Shown piece after piece: positions 58,954-64,000 of a stretch of DNA of 64,000 bases. The stretch's first letter is position 1; every line of letters begins with the position of its first letter. Under the pieces are notes generated by a model that was not told the DNA's origin, searched no databases, and was given only the letters and a program-made list of their open reading frames with translations. The DNA is from Gammaproteobacteria bacterium. Lineage in GTDB: Bacteria; Pseudomonadota; Gammaproteobacteria; Xanthomonadales; Wenzhouxiangellaceae. Both the position numbers and the translations under genes were made by a program. Location: positions 2,322-66,321 of the forward strand of contig JAAAPE010000004.1 in the NCBI GenBank assembly GCA_009908385.1, in the 5' to 3' direction.

Positions 58954-59407
58954 AGCTTCGCTTGCCGTTGGGCGCTTCGAACTCGACCACGTCGCCTTCC
59001 TCGCTTCCGATCAGCGCGCGTGCCAGGGGTGCCGAGATCGCGAGCAGCCCACGGGTGGAATCCGCTTCCAGGTCACCGACGATCTGCCAGGTCACCTCCT
59101 CGGCATCGTCGGCGTCCTCCATCAGCACCACGGTCGCTCCGAACACGACCTTGCTGCCGGCGTTGAGCGAGGCCACGTCGATGAGGCGCGAGTTGCTCAG
59201 TGCCGACTCGAGGTCGCGGATGCGGGCCTCGATAAAGCCCTGCTGCTCGCGTGCGGCGTGGTACTCGGCGTTCTCCTTGAGGTCACCGTGCGCGCGCGCC
59301 TCGGCAATCGCCTCGATCACGGCCGGACGATCCTTCTTCTTGAGCCGGTCCAATTCGGCACGCAGGCGCTCGGCGCCCGCCTTGGTCAGTGGCGTCATCT
59401 GGCTCAT
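58922..59407 (-). CDS. greA: transcription elongation factor GreA
   Basis: [45 protein letters not shown]. Confidence 0.97.
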   Translation of the reverse strand: MSQMTPLTKAGAERLRAELDRLKKKDRPAVIEAIAEARAHGDLKENAEYHAAREQQGFIEARIRDLESALSNSRLIDVASLNAGSKVVFGATVVLMEDADDAEEVTWQIVGDLEADSTRGLLAISAPLARALIGSEEGDVVEFEAPNGKRSYEIVEVRYGS

Positions 59408-59416
59408 GTTCGCTCC

Positions 59417-62400
59417 TCAGGGCTTCTCGGCGTGCAGCTCGGCCAGGCTGCGGACGCCCCGTTCGTTCCAGTGATCCATCGCCCTCAGGGTCGCGCGGGC
59501 ACCCGCGATGGTCGTCGAATAGTTGACCTTGCGCTGAAGGGCCTCGCGCCGGATCGAGAATGAGTCGGCGATGGCCTGGCGCCCTTCCGTGGTGTTGACG
59601 ATGTAGTCGATCGCGTCGTTCTTGATCAGGTCGACGATGTGCGGCCGCCCCTGAATCACCTTGTTGACGTAGTCACACTCGATACCGTTTTCAACCAGGT
59701 ACTTCCAGGTACCTTCCGTCGCGACCAGCTCGAATTCCCGCTCGATTAGCTCCTGCGCAACGGGCAGCAGGCGCTCCTTGTCGGCGTCCCGCACGCTGAG
59801 GAAGACGCGGCCGCTCATCTTCACCACGATACCCACACCCTGCTGCGCTCGCGCCACGGCCGAACCGAAAGAGCGGCCCACGCCCATGGCCTCGCCGGTC
59901 GAACGCATCTCGGGCGTCAGGATGGGATCCACGCCCTGGAACTTGATGAACGGGAAGATCGGTTCCTTGATGGAATAGAACGGGCTGGACAGGTCGCTCT
60001 CGATGCCCTGCTCCGACAGGTTGTTTCCGACCATGCAGCGCGCGGCGACCCGGGCCATGGCGACGCCGGTCGCCTTCGACACGAAGGGAACCGTGCGCGA
60101 CGCGCGCGGATTGACTTCCAGCACGAAGATGTCGTCGCCCTGCACCGCGAACTGCACGTTCATCAGACCCACGACCTGGAGGGCCAGCGCCATCTGCCGT
60201 GTCTGGCGGCGGATTTCCTCGACCACCTCGTCGGACAGCGAGAACGGCGGCAGGCTGCAGGAAGAGTCGCCCGAGTGCACGCCCGCTTCCTCGATGTGCT
60301 CCATCACGCCGCCGATGACGACCCGCTCGCCGTCGCACACGGCGTCGACGTCAACCTCTATTGCGTGGTCGAGGAAGTGGTCCAGCAGTACCGGGGAATC
60401 ATTGGAGACCTTGACCGCCTCGTTCATGTAGCGCTTGAGTTCCTCTTCGCCGTGCACGATGTCCATGGCCCGGCCGCCCAGCACGTAGGAAGGCCGGACG
60501 ACCAGCGGGTAACCCACTTCCCGCGCCAGGATGAAGGCTTCGTCGGGATCGCGCGCCGTGCGATTGGGTGGCTGCTTGAGCCCCAGCCGGTTGAGCAGCT
60601 CCTGGAAGCGCTGGCGATCCTCGGCCAGGTCGATGCAGTCGGGCGTCGTACCGATGATCGGGGCGCCCGCGGCTTCGAGATCGCGCGCCAGCTTCAGCGG
60701 CGTCTGGCCGCCGAACTGGATGATGATGCCCTCGGGTTTTTCGAGCTCGACGATCGAGAGAACGTCCTCGAGGGTGAGCGGCTCGAAATAGAGCCGGTCG
60801 GACGTGTCGTAATCGGTCGATACCGTCTCGGGATTGCAGTTGACCATGATCGTCTCGTAGCCGAGATCGCGCATGGCCAGCGCGGCGTGCACGCAGCAGT
60901 AATCGAACTCGATGCCCTGCCCGATCCGGTTGGGCCCGCCGCCGAGCACCATGATCTTGCGCCTGTCGGTCGGCGCCGCTTCCGACGCTTCGCCCCAGGT
61001 CGAGTACATGTAGGCCGTGGAGGTCGCGAATTCCGCCGCACAGGTATCGACGCGATGGTAGGCGGGCTGGATGCCCAGCTTGGCGCGGAGCTTGCGAACG
61101 GAGCGCTCGCTCACGCCCGCCAGCTCGGCGATGCGCGCGTCGGAAAAGCCGTGGCGCTTGAGATCGAGCAATGACTCGGCGTCGAGCGCGGCCACGCCCT
61201 CGTCGAGCAGCCTGTGCTCGATCTCGATGAGTTCCGCGATCTGGTCGAGGAACCAGGGATCGATGCGCGTGAGGCGATGGATTTCGTCGAACTCGAGGCC
61301 GCGGCGGAAGGCCTCGGCGACGTAGAGCAGTCGCTCGGGACCGGCTTCCTGCAGCTCGCGGCGGATCAGGGTCAGCTCGTCGGCTTCCTCGCTGTCGATC
61401 TCGACCGGATCGAGACCCGTCAGCCCCACCTCGAGGCTGCGCAAGGCCTTCTGAAGCGATTCCTGGAACGTCCGGCCGATGGCCATCGCTTCCCCGACCG
61501 ACTTCATCTGAGTGGTCAGACGATCGTTGGCGGCCGGGAATTTCTCGAACGCGAAGCGCGGCATCTTCGTGACCACGTAGTCGATGGTCGGCTCGAAGGA
61601 GGCCGGCGTCGCCCCGCCGGTGATCTCGTTGTCGAGTTCGTCGAGCGTGTAGCCGACGGCCAGCTTGGCCGCCACCTTGGCGATCGGAAAGCCGGTCGCC
61701 TTCGACGCCAGCGCCGAGGATCGCGACACGCGCGGATTCATCTCGATGACGTGGATGCGACCCGTTTCGGGGTGCACGGCGAACTGAACGTTCGATCCGC
61801 CGGTGTCGACGCCGATCTTCCTCAGCACGGCGATGGCGGCATCGCGCAGCTCCTGGTACTCCTTGTCGGTCAGCGTGAGCGCCGGCGCGACGGTGACCGA
61901 GTCGCCCGTGTGCACGCCCATCGGATCGATGTTCTCGATCGAACAGATGATGATGCAGTTGTCGGCCTTGTCGCGAACGACCTCGAGCTCGAACTCCTTC
62001 CAGCCCAGTACCGATTCCTCGAGCAGCACCTCGTTGGTCGGCGACAGGTCCAGTCCGTGCTCGACGATCTGGATGAACTCCTCGCGGTTATAGGCGATGC
62101 CGCCGCCCGACCCCCCCAGCGTGAACGAGGGACGGATGATGGTCGGGAAACCGATGCGCTTCTGTACTTCGATGGCCTCGTCGAGGCTGTGCGCCACCCA
62201 GGCTTCGGGCACGCCCAGCCCGATGTCGCGCATCGCTTCCTTGAAGGCGTCGCGATCCTCGGCCATGTCGATGGCCTCTCGCGAGGCACCGATCATCTCC
62301 ACGCCGAATTCCTCGAGCACGCCCTCGCGGGCCAGGTCAAGCGCGCAATTGAGCGCCGTCTGGCCGCCCATGGTGGGCAGCAGGGCGTCCGGGCGTTCCT

Positions 62401-62638
62401 TCTCGATGATGTCGCGCACCACGTCCCAGCGGATGGGCTCGATGTAGACGGCGTCGGCCATCTCCGGGTCGGTCATGATGGTGGCCGGGTTGGAATTGAC
62501 CAGGATCACCCGGTAGCCCAGCTCGCGCAGCGCCTTGACCGCCTGCACGCCCGAGTAGTCGAACTCGCAGGCCTGCCCGATCACGATCGGCCCGGCGCCG
62601 ATGATGAGGATGGATTCGATGTCTGTTCTCTTAGGCAT
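59417..62638 (-). CDS. carB: carbamoyl-phosphate synthase large subunit
   Basis: [28 protein letters not shown], duplicated ATP-grasp domains, [15 protein letters not shown]. Confidence 0.99.
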   Translation of the reverse strand: MPKRTDIESILIIGAGPIVIGQACEFDYSGVQAVKALRELGYRVILVNSNPATIMTDPEMADAVYIEPIRWDVVRDIIEKERPDALLPTMGGQTALNCALDLAREGVLEEFGVEMIGASREAIDMAEDRDAFKEAMRDIGLGVPEAWVAHSLDEAIEVQKRIGFPTIIRPSFTLGGSGGGIAYNREEFIQIVEHGLDLSPTNEVLLEESVLGWKEFELEVVRDKADNCIIICSIENIDPMGVHTGDSVTVAPALTLTDKEYQELRDAAIAVLRKIGVDTGGSNVQFAVHPETGRIHVIEMNPRVSRSSALASKATGFPIAKVAAKLAVGYTLDELDNEITGGATPASFEPTIDYVVTKMPRFAFEKFPAANDRLTTQMKSVGEAMAIGRTFQESLQKALRSLEVGLTGLDPVEIDSEEADELTLIRRELQEAGPERLLYVAEAFRRGLEFDEIHRLTRIDPWFLDQIAELIEIEHRLLDEGVAALDAESLLDLKRHGFSDARIAELAGVSERSVRKLRAKLGIQPAYHRVDTCAAEFATSTAYMYSTWGEASEAAPTDRRKIMVLGGGPNRIGQGIEFDYCCVHAALAMRDLGYETIMVNCNPETVSTDYDTSDRLYFEPLTLEDVLSIVELEKPEGIIIQFGGQTPLKLARDLEAAGAPIIGTTPDCIDLAEDRQRFQELLNRLGLKQPPNRTARDPDEAFILAREVGYPLVVRPSYVLGGRAMDIVHGEEELKRYMNEAVKVSNDSPVLLDHFLDHAIEVDVDAVCDGERVVIGGVMEHIEEAGVHSGDSSCSLPPFSLSDEVVEEIRRQTRQMALALQVVGLMNVQFAVQGDDIFVLEVNPRASRTVPFVSKATGVAMARVAARCMVGNNLSEQGIESDLSSPFYSIKEPIFPFIKFQGVDPILTPEMRSTGEAMGVGRSFGSAVARAQQGVGIVVKMSGRVFLSVRDADKERLLPVAQELIEREFELVATEGTWKYLVENGIECDYVNKVIQGRPHIVDLIKNDAIDYIVNTTEGRQAIADSFSIRREALQRKVNYSTTIAGARATLRAMDHWNERGVRSLAELHAEKP

Positions 62639-63755
62639 CTGCGCTTTCCATCATTTCCACGAATTGGGCGAAGAGCGGCCGCAGGTCATGCGGCCCCGGG
62701 CTGGCTTCGGGATGGCCCTGGAAGCTCATGGCCGGCTTGTCGGCGATGCGAATCCCCTGCAGGGTGCCGTCGAACAGGGAGCGGTGGGTCGGGATGACGG
62801 TCTTCGGGAGGCTCGACTCGTCGACGGCGAAGCCGTGATTCTGGCTGGTGATCAGGACCTGGCCGGTGGAAAGATCCTTGACCGGGTGATTGGCGCCGTG
62901 ATGGCCGAACTTCATCTTCACGGTCTTCGCGCCACCACCGAGGGCGAGCAGCTGGTGGCCCAGGCAGATGCCGAAGGTCGGCACACCCTTGTCGAGCAGG
63001 CCGCGGATCGCCTCGATCGCGTAGCTGCAGGGCTCCGGGTCGCCGGGGCCGTTGGAGAGCATGACGCCGTCGGGCTTCATGCCGAGCACCTCGTCGAGCG
63101 GCGCGCGGGCCGGAACGACGGTCACGCGGCAACCGGCATCGACCAGCAGGCGCAGGATGTTGCGCTTGACGCCGTAGTCGTAGCAGACCACATGAAAGCG
63201 TTCTTCGCTTCGGCGAAACTCACCGGCTTCCAGATCCCAGCTGCCCTCGTTCCACGCGTAGGCGCGATCGACCGTGACGGTACTCGCCAGATCCCGGCCG
63301 CTCATCGGTGCGCAATCGCGTGCGCGGCGAATCGCTTCTTCGGGATCGGCCGATTCACCCACCAGCAGGCAGCCGTTCTGGGCGCCCTTGTCGCGCAGAC
63401 GGATGGTCAACGCACGGGTGTCGATACCGGCGATGCCCGAAGCCCCTTGGTCGGCCATCCAGTCGGACAGCGACCGGGTCGCGCGCCAGCTGCTGTGGCG
63501 GCGAGGGTAGTTGCGGATGATCAGGCCGGCGGCGTGGATGCGGTCGGCCTCGACGTCCTGGGGATTCACGCCGGTGTTGCCGACGTGAGATGCCGTCAGC
63601 GTGACGAGCTGACCGGCATAGCTGGGGTCGGTGAGTATCTCCTGATAGCCGGTCATGGCGGTGTTGAAGACCACCTCGCCGACCCGCGCGCCCGGCGCGC
63701 CGATACCCCGCCCGGAAAACGTCGTGCCGTCTTCCAGCGCCAGAATTGCCTGCAT
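62631..63755 (-). CDS. carA: carbamoyl-phosphate synthase small subunit
   Basis: Start [10 protein letters not shown] at 63755 (SD GGAGG); [41 protein letters not shown]. Confidence 0.98.
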   Translation of the reverse strand: MQAILALEDGTTFSGRGIGAPGARVGEVVFNTAMTGYQEILTDPSYAGQLVTLTASHVGNTGVNPQDVEADRIHAAGLIIRNYPRRHSSWRATRSLSDWMADQGASGIAGIDTRALTIRLRDKGAQNGCLLVGESADPEEAIRRARDCAPMSGRDLASTVTVDRAYAWNEGSWDLEAGEFRRSEERFHVVCYDYGVKRNILRLLVDAGCRVTVVPARAPLDEVLGMKPDGVMLSNGPGDPEPCSYAIEAIRGLLDKGVPTFGICLGHQLLALGGGAKTVKMKFGHHGANHPVKDLSTGQVLITSQNHGFAVDESSLPKTVIPTHRSLFDGTLQGIRIADKPAMSFQGHPEASPGPHDLRPLFAQFVEMMESADA

Positions 63756-63937
63756 TGAAAAACCTCCGGGTACACAAAGCGGGCCGAAGCCGTAAGTCGG
63801 CCAGGCGGCCAACCAGGGCAAGGCCCGCTTGTCGCTCGCCGAGCGACGTGCCCGGCGTCCGGACGCACATTCTAAACGAAGCCGCCCGGGCAGGCCAGAA
63901 AAACCGTTGCCCGATCGACGGCGCGGCGTTTGGGGAA

Positions 63938-64000
63938 TCAGGCCTCGGGCGCGGCGGTCGCCAGCGACCGGGGGAGGTCGCCGGCCGGGCGCATCGTCTC
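63938..64000 (-). CDS. probable 3' end of an upstream gene (unidentified)
   Basis: Open frame [20 protein letters not shown] runs in from the window edge; too short to identify. Confidence 0.3.
   Translation of the reverse strand, partial: ETMRPAGDLPRSLATAAPEA

Overview
GC-rich gammaproteobacterial chromosomal segment. Gene order and protein style suggest a Wenzhouxiangella/Xanthomonadales-like organism (inference). It is mostly housekeeping: lolA-ftsK-ald, trxB-GNAT-aat, ibpA, greB, fumC, purB, sucAB-lpdA, cytochrome oxidase assembly genes, gcvP, gyrA-mtnA, ppi-lpxH, lysS-prfB, recJ-rpfE-like-greA-carB-carA. Interleaved are genes for large secreted proteins: a beta-propeller protein, a tricorn S41 protease, an S8 subtilase, an M14 carboxypeptidase and an uncharacterised Cys/His-rich protein. 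No rRNA, tRNA, CRISPR array, transposase or prophage was seen. Main points: (1) three secreted proteins end in the same IF(G/R)DRFE motif, a candidate C-terminal sorting or anchoring signal, and two of them share a ~280-aa C-terminal module; (2) three classes of small palindromic intergenic elements sit between housekeeping genes (a GTAG REPIN, a CCACAGAT-type 27-bp inverted repeat, and two inverted heptamer arrays); (3) lpxH and greB appear to need non-canonical CTG/ATC starts; (4) the classic prfB +1 frameshift, a sigma32 promoter plus ROSE-like thermometer at ibpA, and a type VI (SqrF-like) sulfide:quinone oxidoreductase are present.
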